A stretch of DNA of 64,000 bases from Bugula neritina (taxonomy: Eukaryota > Animalia > Bryozoa). The position numbers and the translations under genes are program-made. The stretch covers positions 15,297,875-15,361,874 of the forward strand of contig OZ037768.1 of NCBI GenBank assembly GCA_964035545.1. Direction: 5' to 3'. The notes under the pieces were generated by a model that was not told the origin of the DNA, did no database searches, and saw nothing but the letters and a program-made list of their open reading frames with translations. Below are positions 12,081 to 27,180 of the stretch, in pieces (within the stretch, counting starts at the first letter, position 1; each line of letters opens with the position of its first letter).

Positions 12081-12781
12081 GAAATATACTGCAACATAGT
12101 ACAACATACTGAAATACACTGTAACATACTGAAATACACTGCAACACATCGAAATATACCGCAACATACCGAAATATATGCTAACCTACTGAATTAGACT
12201 GTAACACATTGAATCATACTGCAACATACTGAAATACACTTCAACACACTGAAGTATACTGTAATATACGGAAATATACTGTAACATACTGCAACATACT
12301 GAAATACACCGTAACAAACTGAATTACACAGCAACATACTGAAATACACTGTAACATATTGAAGTACACTGCAACACCTTGAAATATACAGAAACATACC
12401 GAAATGTATGGTAACCTACTGAAAAATGTTGCAAACCATTGAAACAAACTGCAACATCCTGGAACAAAATGAGATATACTATAACACACTCAAACATACT
12501 GCAAAATACTGAAATACACTGTAACATATTGAATCACGTTGCAACATACTGCAACATACTGAAATACACTGGAACATATTGAAATATACTGCAACCTACT
12601 GCAACATACTGAAGTACACCGTAACATACTGAATACACTGCAACATAATGCAACATACTGAAATACACTGCAACACACTGAAGTATACTGAAATATACAG
12701 AAATCTATTGTAAAACACTGAAATATACTGCAAGATACTGAAATATGCTGCAACATACTGCAACATACTGAAATACACTGT

Positions 12782-15621
12782 AACATACTGAAATACACTG
12801 CAACACATCGAAATATACCGCAACATACCGAATTATGTGATAACCTACTGAATTAGACTGTAACACATTGAATCATACTGCAACATACTGAAACACACTG
12901 CAACACACTGAAGTATAATGTAATATATGGAAATATACTGTAACATACTGCAACATACTGAAATACACCGTAACAAACTGGATTACACAGCAACATACTG
13001 AAATACACTGCAACACATTGAAGTATACTGTAATATACAGAAATATACTGTAACATACTGCAACATGCTTAAATACACCGTGACAAACTGAATTACACAG
13101 CAACACACTGACGTATACTGTAATATACGGAAATATACTGTAACATACTGCAACATACTGAAATACATCGTAACAAACTAATCTACACAACAACACACTG
13201 AAGTATACTGTAATATACGGAAATATACTGTAACATACTGCAACATACTGAAATACACTGTAACATACTGAAATAGACTGCAACACATTGAAATATACTG
13301 CAACATACTGAAATATACTGCAAGACACCGCAACATACTGAAATACACTGCAACATACTGAAGTATACTGAAATATACAGAAATCTATTGTAAAATACTG
13401 AAATATATTTCAACATACTGAAATATACCTAAAAACATTGAAACATACTGAAATACACTGTAACCTACTGAAATACACTGCAACACATTAGAATGTACTG
13501 CAACATACCGAAATATATGGTAACCTACTGAAATATTTTGCAAACTACTGAAATATACTGCAACATACTGCAACATACTGAAAAAAGATGCAACACATTG
13601 AAATATACTGCAACATACCGAATTATATGGTAGCCTAATGAAATATACTGTAACACATTGAATAAGTTTACAGAAATGTACTGTAACATACTGAAACATA
13701 CGTCAACATACTGAAATGAACCTCAACATGCTGAAATAGACTGCAACATACTGCAACATACTGAAATACACTGTAACATACTGAAATACACTGCAACACA
13801 ATGAAATATACCGCAACATACCGAAATAAATGATAACCTACTGAAATAGACTGTAACACACTGAAACATACTGCAAATTACTGAAATATATGGTAACCTA
13901 CTCAAAATATACTGCAACATACTGAAGTATGCTGTAGCATACCGAAATATATGGTAACCTACTGAAATATGTTGCCAACTACTGAAATATACTGCAACAT
14001 ACGGCAACATACTGAAATAAACTGCAACACATTGAAATATACTGCAACATGCCGAATTATATGGTAGCCTACTGAAATATACTGTAACACATTGAATGAA
14101 TTTACAGAAATGTACTGTAACATACTGAAATATACTGTAACATGCTGAATCACACTGCAACATACTGCAACAAACTGAAATGTACTGCAACATACTGAAA
14201 TACACTGCAACACATCGAAATATACCGCAACATACCGAATTATGTGATAACCTACTGAATTAGACTGTAACACATTGAATCATACTGCAACATACTGAAA
14301 CACACTGCAACACACTGAAGTATAATGTAATATATGGAAATATACTGTAACATACTGCAACATACTGAAATACACCGTAACAAACTGGATTACACAGCAA
14401 CATACTGAAATACACTGCAACACATTGAAGTATACTGTAATATACAGAAATATACTGTAACATACTGCAACATGCTTAAATACACCGTGACAAACTGAAT
14501 TACACAGCAACACACTGACGTATACTGTAATATACGGAAATATACTGTAACATACTGCAACATACTGAAATACATCGTAACAAACTAATCTACACAGCAA
14601 CACACTGAAGTATACTGTAATATACGGAAATATACTGTAACATACTGCAACATACTGAAATACACTGTAACATACTGAAATAGACTGCAACACATTGAAA
14701 TATACTGCAACATACTGAAATATACTGCAAGACACCGCAACATACTGAAATACACTGCAACATACTGAAGTATACTGAAATATACAGAAATCTATTGTAA
14801 AATACTGAAATATATTTCAACATACTGAAATATACCTAAAAACATTGAAACATACTGAAATACACTGTAACCTACTGAAATACACTGCAACACATTGGAA
14901 TGTACTGCAACATACCGAAATATATGGTAACCTACTGAAATATTTTGCAAACTACTGAAATATACTGCAACATACTGCAACATACTGAAAAAAGATGCAA
15001 CACATTGAAATATACTGCAACATACCGAATTATATGGTAGCCTAATGAAATATACTGTAACACATTGAATAAGTTTACAGAAATGTACTGTAACATACTG
15101 AAACATACGTCAACATACTGAAATGAACCTCAACATGCTGAAATAGACTGCAACATACTGCAACATACTGAAATACACTGTAACATACTGAAATACACTG
15201 CAACACATTGAAATATACCGCAACATACCGAAATAAATGATAACCTACTGAAATAGACTGTAACACACTGAAACATACTGCAAATTACTGAAATATATGG
15301 TAACCTACTCAAAATATACTGCAACATACTGAAGTATGCTGTAGCATACCGAAATATATGGTAACCTACTGAAATATGTTGCCAACTACTGAAATATACT
15401 GCAACATACGGCAACATACTGAAATAAACTGCAACACATTGAAATATACTGCAACATGCCGAATTATATGGTAGCCTACTGAAATATACTGTAACACATT
15501 GAATGAATTTACAGAAATGTACTGTAACATACTGAAATATACTGTAACATGCTGAATCACACTGCAACATACTGCAACAAACTGAAATGTACTGCAACAT
15601 ACTGAAATACACTGCAACACA
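12782..15621 (+). repeat. 1407-bp tandem duplication in satellite B (2 copies)
   Basis: ORF pairs 12853/14260, 12873/14280, 13385/14792 and 13668/15075 are all offset by 1407. Shared words include AAAAAAGATGC and CTGACGTATAC. Confidence 0.92.
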
Positions 15622-18600
15622 CTGAAGTATACTGTAATATACAGAAATGTACTGTAAAATACTGACATATACTGCAACATTCCGGAATATACTGCAACAC
15701 ATTGAAATATACTGCAACATACCGAAATGTGATGTAGCATACTGAAATACACTGCAAAACACTGAAATATACTGTAATATACAGAGATTCACTGTAACAT
15801 ACTGAAACATACGTCAACATACTAAAATGTACTGCAACATGCTCAAATATACTGCAACATACTGAAATACACTGTAACAAACTGAATTACACTGCAACAT
15901 ACTGCGACATACTGAAGTGCACTGCACCAAAATTAAACATACTGTAACACACTGAAACATACTGCAAATTACTGAAATATATGGTAACCTACTCAAAATA
16001 TACTGCAACATACTGAAATATGCTGTAGCATACTGAAATACACTGCAAAACACTGAAGTATACCGTAATTAACAGAAATGTACTGTAACATACTGAAATA
16101 TACTTAAAGATACTGAAACATACCTAAAAACATTGAAACAAACTGAAATACACTGTAACATACTGAAATACACTGCAACACATTGGACTATACTGCAAGA
16201 TACCGAAATATATGGTAACCTACTGAAATATGTTGCAAACTACTGAAATATACTGCAACATACTGAAATACAGTGTAACATACTGAATTACGCAGCAACA
16301 TACTGAAATACACTGTAACATATTGAAATAGACTGCAACATACTGCAACATACTGAAATACACTGCAACACATTGAAATATACTGCAACATACCGAAATA
16401 TATGGTAACCAACTGAAATATACTGTAACATACTGAAATATACTGCAAAATACTGAAATACACCGTAACAAACTGAATTACGCAGCAACATACTGAAATA
16501 CACTGTAACATATTGAAATAGACTGCAACACATTGAAATATACTGAAACATACTGAAATGTATGGTAACCTACTGAAAAATGTTGCAAACCACTGAGACA
16601 TACTGCAGCATCCTGAAACAAAATGAGATATACTATAACACACTCAAACATACTGCAAAATACTGAAATACACTGTAACATACTGAAATATACAGCAACG
16701 TACTGCAACATACTGAAATACACTGTAACAAGCTGAAATACACTGCAACATAATGCAACATACTGAAATGCACTGTAAAATAATGAAATACACTGCAACA
16801 CATTGAAATATACTGCAACATATCGAGTTATATGGTAACCTTCTCAAAATATACTGTAACACATTGAAATATACCGAACATTCTGAGATACACTGGAACA
16901 CAATGAAGTATACTGAAATATACAGAAATCTGCTGAAAAATACTGAAAGATACTTCAACATACTGAAATACACCTAAAAACATTGAAACATACAGAAATA
17001 CACTGTAACATACTGAAATACACTGCAAAACATTGGAACATACTGCAACATACCGAAATATATGGTAACCTACTGAAATAAGTTGCAAACTACTGAAACA
17101 TACTGCAACATACTGCAACATACTGAAATACACTGCAACACATTGAAATATACTGCAACATGCCGAATTATATGGTAACCTACTGAAATATACTGTAACA
17201 CATTAAATGAATTTACAGAAATGTACTGTAACATACTGAAACATACGTCAACATACTGAAATGTACTGCAACATATCGAAATATATGGTAACCTACTGAA
17301 ATATGTTGCAAACTACTGAAATACACTGAAACATACTGCAAATTACTTAAATATATGGTAGCCTACTCAAAATATACTGCAACATACTGAAATATGCTGA
17401 AGCATACTGAAATACACTGCAAAACACTGAAGTATACCGTAATTTACAGAAATGTACTGTAACATACTGAAATATACTTCAACATACTGAAATATACCTA
17501 AAAACATTGAAACATGCTGAAATACACTGTAACATACTGAAATACACTGCAACACATTGGGCTATACTGCAACATACCGAAATATATGGTAACCTACTGA
17601 AGTATGTTGCAAGCTACTGAAATATACTGCAACATACTGCAACATACTGAAATAAACTGCAACACATTGAAATATACTGCAACATGCCGAATTATATGGT
17701 AGCCTACTGAAATATACTGTAACACATTGAATGAATTTACAGAAATGTACTGTAACATACTGAAATATACTGTAACATGCTGAATCACACTGCAACATAC
17801 TGCAACAAACTGAAATGTACTGCAACATACTGAAATACACTGCAACACACTGAAGTATACTGTAATATACAGAAATGTACTGTAAAATACTGACATATAC
17901 TGCAACATTCCGGAATATACTGCAACACATTGAAATATACTGCAATATACCGAAATGTGATGTAGCATACTGAAATACCCTGCAAAACACTGAAATATAC
18001 TGTAATATACAGAGATTCACTGTAACATACTGAAACATACGTCAACATACTAAAATGTACTGCAACATGCTCAAATATACTGCAACATACTGAAATACAC
18101 TGTAACAAACTGAATTACACTGCAACATACTGCGACATACTGAAGTGCACTGCACCAAAATTAAACATACTGTAACACACTGAAACATACTGCAAATTAC
18201 TGAAATATATGGTAACCTACTCAAAATATACTGCAACATACTGAAATATGCTGTAGCATACTGAAATACACTGCAAAACACTGAAGTATACCGTAATTAA
18301 CAGAAATGTACTGTAACATACTGAAATATACTTAAAGATACTGAAATATACCTAAAAACATTGAAACAAACTGAAATACACTGTAACATACTGAAATACA
18401 CTGCAACACATTGGACTATACTGCAAGATACCGAAATATATGGTAACCTACTGAAATATGTTGCAAACTACTGAAATATACTGCAACATACTGAAATACA
18501 GTGTAACATACTGAATTACGCAGCAACATACTGAAATACACTGTAACATATTGAAATAGACTGCAACATACTGCAACATACTGAAATACACTGCAACACA

Positions 18601-21600
18601 TTGAAATATACTGCAACATACCGAAATATATGGTAACCAACTGAAATATACTGTAACATACTGAAATATACTGCAAAATACTGAAATACACCGTAACAAA
18701 CTGAATTACGCAGCAACATACTGAAATACACTGTAACATATTGAAATAGACTGCAACACATTGAAATATACTGAAACATACTGAAATGTACGGTAACCTA
18801 CTGAAAAATGTTGCAAACCACTGAGACATACTGCAGCATCCTGAAACAAAATGAGATATCCTATAACACACTCAAACATACTGCAAAATACTGAAATACA
18901 CTGTAACATACTGAAATATACAGCAACGTACTGCAACATACTGAAATACACTGTAACATGCTGAAATACACTGCAACATAACGCAACATACTGAAATACA
19001 CTGTAAAATAATGAAATACACTGCAACACATTGAAATATACTGCAACATATCGAGTTATATGGTAACCTTCTCAAAATATACTGTAACACATTGAAATAT
19101 ACCGAACATTCTGAGATACACTGGAACACAATGAAGTATACTGAAATATTCAGAAATCTGCTGAAAAATACTGAAAGATACTTCAACATACTGAAATATA
19201 CCTAAACACATTGAAACATACAGAAATACACTGTAACATACTGAAATACACTGCAAAACATTGGAACATACTGCAACATACCGAAATATATGGTAACCTA
19301 CTGAAATAAGTTGCAAACTACTGAAATATACTGCAACATACTGCAACATACTGAAATACACTGCAACACATTGAAATATACTGCAACATGCCGAATTATA
19401 TGGTAACCTACTGAAATATACTGTAACACATTAAATGAATTTACAGAAATGTACTGTAACATACTGAAACATACGTCAACATACTGAAATGTACTGCAAC
19501 ATACCGAAATATATGGTAACCTACTGAAATATGTTGCAAACTACTGAAATACACTGAAACATACTGCAAATTACTTAAATATATGGTAGCCTACTCAAAA
19601 TATACTGCAACATACTGAAATATGCTGAAGCATACTGAAATACACTGCAAAACACTGAAGTATACCGTAATTTACAGAAATGTACTGTAACATACTGAAA
19701 TATACTTCAACATACTGAAATATACCTAAAAACATTGAAACATGCTGAAATACACTGTAACATACCGAAATACACTGCAACACATTGGGCTATACTGCAA
19801 CATACCGAAAAATATGGTAACCTACTGAAGTATGTTGCAAGCTACTGAAATATACTGCAACATACTGCCACATACTGAAATACACTGCTACACATTGAAA
19901 TATACTGCAACATACCAAAATATAAGGTAACCTACTGAAATATACTGTAACACATCGAGTGAATTTACCGAAATGTACTGTAACATACTGAAACATACGT
20001 CAACATACTGAAATGTACTGTAACATACTGAAACATACGTCAACATAATGAAAAGTACTGCAACTTGCTGAAATATACTGCAACGTACTGAAATACAGTG
20101 TAACATACTGAAATACACTGCCAGACACTGAAGTATACCGTAATTTACAGAAATGTACTGTAACATACTGAAACATACGTCAACATACTGAAATGTACTG
20201 CAACATACTGAAATATGCTGTAACATACTGAAATAGACTGCAACACATTGAAATATACTGCAACATACTGAAATATACTGCAAGACACCGCAACATACTG
20301 AAATACACTGCAACATACTGAAGTATACTGAAATATACAGAAATCTATTGTAAAATACTGAAATATATTTCAACATACTGAAATATACCTAAAAACATTG
20401 AAACATACTGAAATACACTGTAACCTACTGAAATACACTGCAACACATTAGAATGTACTGCAACATACCGAAATATATGGTAACCTACTGAAATATTTTG
20501 CAAACTATTGAAATATACTGCAACATACTGCAACATACTGAAAAAAGATGCAACACATTGAAATATACTGCAACATACCGAATTATATGGTAGCCTAATG
20601 AAATATACTGTAACACATTGAATAAGTTTACAGAAATGTACTGTAACATACTGAAACATACGTCAACATACTGAAATGAACCTCAACATGCTGAAATAGA
20701 CTGCAACATACTGCAACATACTGAAATACACTGTAACATACTGAAATACACTGCAACACAATGAAATATACCGCAACATACCGAAATAAATGATAACCTA
20801 CTGAAATAGACTGTAACACACTGAAACATACTGCAAATTACTGAAATATATGGTAACCTACTCAAAATATACTGCAACATACTGAAGTATGCTGTAGCAT
20901 ACCGAAATATATGGTAACCTACTGAAATATGTTGCCAACTACTGAAATATACTGCAACATACGGCAACATACTGAAATAAACTGCAACACATTGAAATAT
21001 ACTGCAACATGCCGAATTATATGGTAGCCTACTGAAATATACTGTAACACATTGAATGAATTTACAGAAATGTACTGTAACATACTGAAATATACTGTAA
21101 CATGCTGAATCACACTGCAACATACTGCAACAAACTGAAATGTACTGCAACATACTGAAATACACTGCAACACATCGAAATATACCGCAACATACCGAAT
21201 TATGTGATAACCTACTGAATTAGACTGTAACACATTGAATCATACTGCAACATACTGAAACACACTGCAACACACTGAAGTATAATGTAATATATGGAAA
21301 TATACTGTAACATACTGCAACATACTGAAATACACCGTAACAAACTGGATTACACAGCAACATACTGAAATACACTGCAACACATTGAAGTATACTGTAA
21401 TATACAGAAATATACTGTAACATACTGCAACATGCTTAAATACACCGTGACAAACTGAATTACACAGCAACACACTGACGTATACTGTAATATACGGAAA
21501 TATACTGTAACATACTGCAACATACTGAAATACATCGTAACAAACTATTCTACACAGCAACACACTGAAGTATACTGTAATATACGGAAATATACTGTAA

Positions 21601-24600
21601 CATACTGCAACATACTGAAATACACTGTAACATACTGAAATAGACTGCAACACATTGAAATATACTGCAACATACTGAAATATACTGCAAGACACCGCAA
21701 CATACTGAAATACACTGCAACATACTGAAGTATACTGAAATATACAGAAATCTATTGTAAAATACTGAAATATATTTCAACATACTGAAATATACCTAAA
21801 AACATTGAAACATACTGAAATACACTGTAACCTACTGAAATACACTGCAACACATTGGAATGTACTGCAACATACCGAAATATATGGTAACCTACTGAAA
21901 TATTTTGCAAACTACTGAAATATACTGCAACATACTGCAACATACTGAAAAAAGATGCAACACATTGAAATATACTGCAACATACCGAATTATATGGTAG
22001 CCTAATGAAATATACTGTAACACATTGAATAAGTTTACAGAAATGTACTGTAACATACTGAAACATACGTCAACATACTGAAATGAACCTCAACATGCTG
22101 AAATAGACTGCAACATACTGCAACATACTGAAATACACTGTAACATACTGAAATACACTGCAACACATTGAAATATACCGCAACATACCGAAATAAATGA
22201 TAACCTACTGAAATAGACTGTAACACACTGAAACATACTGCAAATTACTGAAATATATGGTAACCTACTCAAAATATACTGCAACATACTGAAGTATGCT
22301 GTAGCATACCGAAATATATGGTAACCTACTGAAATATGTTGCCAACTACTGAAATATACTGCAACATACGGCAACATACTGAAATAAACTGCAACACATT
22401 GAAATATACTGCAACATGCCGAATTATATGGTAGCCTACTGAAATATACTGTAACACATTGAATGAATTTACAGAAATGTACTGTAACATACTGAAATAT
22501 ACTGTAACATGCTGAATCACACTGCAACATACTGCAACAAACTGAAATGTACTGCAACATACTGAAATACACTGCAACACACTGAAGTATACTGTAATAT
22601 ACAGAAATGTACTGTAAAATACTGACATATACTGCAACATTCCGGAATATACTGCAACACATTGAAATATACTGCAACATACCGAAATGTGATGTAGCAT
22701 ACTGAAATACACTGCAAAACACTGAAATATACTGTAATATACAGAGATTCACTGTAACATACTGAAACATACGTCAACATACTAAAATGTACTGCAACAT
22801 GCTCAAATATACTGCAACATACTGAAATACACTGTAACAAACTGAATTACACTGCAACATACTGCGACATACTGAAGTGCACTGCACCAAAATTAAACAT
22901 ACTGTAACACACTGAAACATACTGCAAATTACTGAAATATATGGTAACCTACTCAAAATATACTGCAACATACTGAAATATGCTGTAGCATACTGAAATA
23001 CACTGCAAAACACTGAAGTATACCGTAATTAACAGAAATGTACTGTAACATACTGAAATATACTTAAAGATACTGAAACATACCTAAAAACATTGAAACA
23101 AACTGAAATACACTGTAACATACTGAAATACACTGCAACACATTGGACTATACTGCAAGATACCGAAATATATGGTAACCTACTGAAATATGTTGCAAAC
23201 TACTGAAATATACTGCAACATACTGAAATACAGTGTAACATACTGAATTACGCAGCAACATACTGAAATACACTGTAACATATTGAAATAGACTGCAACA
23301 TACTGCAACATACTGAAATACACTGCAACACATTGAAATATACTGCAACATACCGAAATATATGGTAACCAACTGAAATATACTGTAACATACTGAAATA
23401 TACTGCAAAATACTGAAATACACCGTAACAAACTGAATTACGCAGCAACATACTGAAATACACTGTAACATATTGAAATAGACTGCAACACATTGAAATA
23501 TACTGAAACATACTGAAATGTATGGTAACCTACTGAAAAATGTTGCAAACCACTGAGACATACTGCAGCATCCTGAAACAAAATGAGATATACTATAACA
23601 CACTCAAACATACTGCAAAATACTGAAATACACTGTAACATACTGAAATATACAGCAACGTACTGCAACATACTGAAATACACTGTAACAAGCTGAAATA
23701 CACTGCAACATAATGCAACATACTGAAATACACTGTAAAATAATGAAATACACTGCAACACATTGAAATATACTGCAACATATCGAGTTATATGGTAACC
23801 TTCTCAAAATATACTGTAACACATTGAAATATACCGAACATTCTGAGATACACTGGAACACAATGAAGTATACTGAAATATACAGAAATCTGCTGAAAAA
23901 TACTGAAAGATACTTCAACATACTGAAATACACCTAAAAACATTGAAACATACAGAAATACACTGTAACATACTGAAATACACTGCAAAACATTGGAACA
24001 TACTGCAACATACCGAAATATATGGTAACCTACTGAAATAAGTTGCAAACTACTGAAACATACTGCAACATACTGCAACATACTGAAATACACTGCAACA
24101 CATTGAAATATACTGCAACATGCCGAATTATATGGTAACCTACTGAAATATACTGTAACACATTAAATGAATTTACAGAAATGTACTGTAACATACTGAA
24201 ACATACGTCAACATACTGAAATGTACTGCAACATATCGAAATATATGGTAACCTACTGAAATATGTTGCAAACTACTGAAATACACTGAAACATACTGCA
24301 AATTACTTAAATATATGGTAGCCTACTCAAAATATACTGCAACATACTGAAATATGCTGAAGCATACTGAAATACACTGCAAAACACTGAAGTATACCGT
24401 AATTTACAGAAATGTACTGTAACATACTGAAATATACTTCAACATACTGAAATATACCTAAAAACATTGAAACATGCTGAAATACACTGTAACATACTGA
24501 AATACACTGCAACACATTGGGCTATACTGCAACATACCGAAATATATGGTAACCTACTGAAGTATGTTGCAAGCTACTGAAATATACTGCAACATACTGC

Positions 24601-27180
24601 AACATACTGAAATAAACTGCAACACATTGAAATATACTGCAACATGCCGAATTATATGGTAGCCTACTGAAATATACTGTAACACATTGAATGAATTTAC
24701 AGAAATGTACTGTAACATACTGAAATATACTGTAACATGCTGAATCACACTGCAACATACTGCAACAAACTGAAATGTACTGCAACATACTGAAATACAC
24801 TGCAACACACTGAAGTATACTGTAATATACAGAAATGTACTGTAAAATACTGACATATACTGCAACATTCCGGAATATACTGCAACACATTGAAATATAC
24901 TGCAATATACCGAAATGTGATGTAGCATACTGAAATACCCTGCAAAACACTGAAATATACTGTAATATACAGAGATTCACTGTAACATACTGAAACATAC
25001 GTCAACATACTAAAATGTACTGCAACATGCTCAAATATACTGCAACATACTGAAATACACTGTAACAAACTGAATTACACTGCAACATACTGCGACATAC
25101 TGAAGTGCACTGCACCAAAATTAAACATACTGTAACACACTGAAACATACTGCAAATTACTGAAATATATGGTAACCTACTCAAAATATACTGCAACATA
25201 CTGAAATATGCTGTAGCATACTGAAATACACTGCAAAACACTGAAGTATACCGTAATTAACAGAAATGTACTGCAACATACTGAAATATACTTAAAGATA
25301 CTGAAATATACCTAAAAACATTGAAACAAACTGAAATACACTGTAACATACTGAAATACACTGCAACACATTGGACTATACTGCAAGATACCGAAATATA
25401 TGGTAACCTACTGAAATATGTTGCAAACTACTGAAATATACTGCAACATACTGAAATACAGTGTAACATACTGAATTACGCAGCAACATACTGAAATACA
25501 CTGTAACATATTGAAATAGACTGCAACATACTGCAACATACTGAAATACACTGCAACACATTGAAATATACTGCAACATACCGAAATATATGGTAACCAA
25601 CTGAAATATACTGTAACATACTGAAATATACTGCAAAATACTGAAATACACCGTAACAAACTGAATTACGCAGCAACATACTGAAATACACTGTAACATA
25701 TTGAAATAGACTGCAACACATTGAAATATACTGAAACATACTGAAATGTACGGTAACCTACTGAAAAATGTTGCAAACCACTGAGACATACTGCAGCATC
25801 CTGAAACAAAATGAGATATACTATAACACACTCAAACATACTGCAAAATACTGAAATACACTGTAACATACTGAAATATACAGCAACGTACTGCAACATA
25901 CTGAAATACACTGTAACATGCTGAAATACACTGCAACATAACGCAACATACTGAAATACACTGTAAAATAATGAAATACACTGCAACACATTGAAATATA
26001 CTGCAACATATCGAGTTATATGGTAACCTTCTCAAAATATACTGTAACACATTGAAATATACCGAACATTCTGAGATACACTGGAACACAATGAAGTATA
26101 CTGAAATATTCAGAAATCTGCTGAAAAATACTGAAAGATACTTCAACATGCTGAAATATACCTAAACACATTGAAACATACAGAAATACACTGTAACATA
26201 CTGAAATACACTGCAAAACATTGGAACATACTGCAACATACCGAAATATATGGTAACCTACTGAAATAAGTTGCAAACTACTGAAATATACTGCAACATA
26301 CTGCAACATACTGAAATACACTGCAACACATTGAAATATACTGCAACATGCCGAATTATATGGTAACCTACTGAAATATACTGTAACACATTAAATGAAT
26401 TTACAGAAATGTACTGTAACATACTGAAACATACGTCAACATACTGAAATGTACTGCAACATACCGAAATATATGGTAACCTACTGAAATATGTTGCAAA
26501 CTACTGAAATACACTGAAACATACTGCAAATTACTTAAATATATGGTAGCCTACTCAAAATATACCGCAACATACTGAAATATGCTGAAGCATACTGAAA
26601 TACACTGCAAAACACTGAAGTATACCGTAATTTACAGAAATGTACTGTAACATACTGAAATATACTTCAACATACTGAAATATACCTAAAAACATTGAAA
26701 CATGCTGAAATACACTGTAACATACCGAAATACACTGCAACACATTGGGCTATACTGCAACATACCGAAAAATATGGTAACCTACTGAAGTATGTTGCAA
26801 GCTACTGAAATATACTGCAACATACTGCCACATACTGAAATACACTGCTACACATTGAAATATACTGCAACATACCAAAATATAAGGTAACCTACTGAAA
26901 TATACTGTAACACATCGAGTGAATTTACCGAAATGTACTGTAACATACTGAAACATACGTCAACATACTGAAATGTACTGTAACATACTGAAACATACGT
27001 CAACATAATGAAAAGTACTGCAACTTGCTGAAATATACTGCAACGTACTGAAATACAGTGTAACATACTGAAATACACTGCCAGACACTGAAGTATACCG
27101 TAATTTACAGAAATGTACTGTAACATACTGAAACATACGTCAACATACTGAAATGTACTGCAACATACTGAAATATGCTG
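13258..27180 (+). repeat. 6960-bp near-perfect tandem duplication (13258-20217 / 20218-27180), followed by a diverged partial third copy to about 27720
   Basis: ORFs from 13385 to 19790 recur at +6960 (20345 to 26750). Lines align column for column, with only a few substitutions seen. 27181 onward matches 20281 onward (offset 6900). Confidence 0.95.
15385..19868 (+). repeat. 2228-bp tandem duplication in satellite B (2 copies)
   Basis: ORF pairs 15557/17785, 15814/18042, 16188/18416, 16828/19056 and 17367/19595 are offset by 2228. Shared words include TTCCGGAAT, CAGAGATTC and TCGAGTT. Confidence 0.92.

Noticed and set aside
13258-27180. 6960-bp duplication as a pure assembly artefact
   Set aside because: The copies differ at several scattered positions and are followed by a more diverged partial third copy, which favours a real event. 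Only reads can exclude an artefact.
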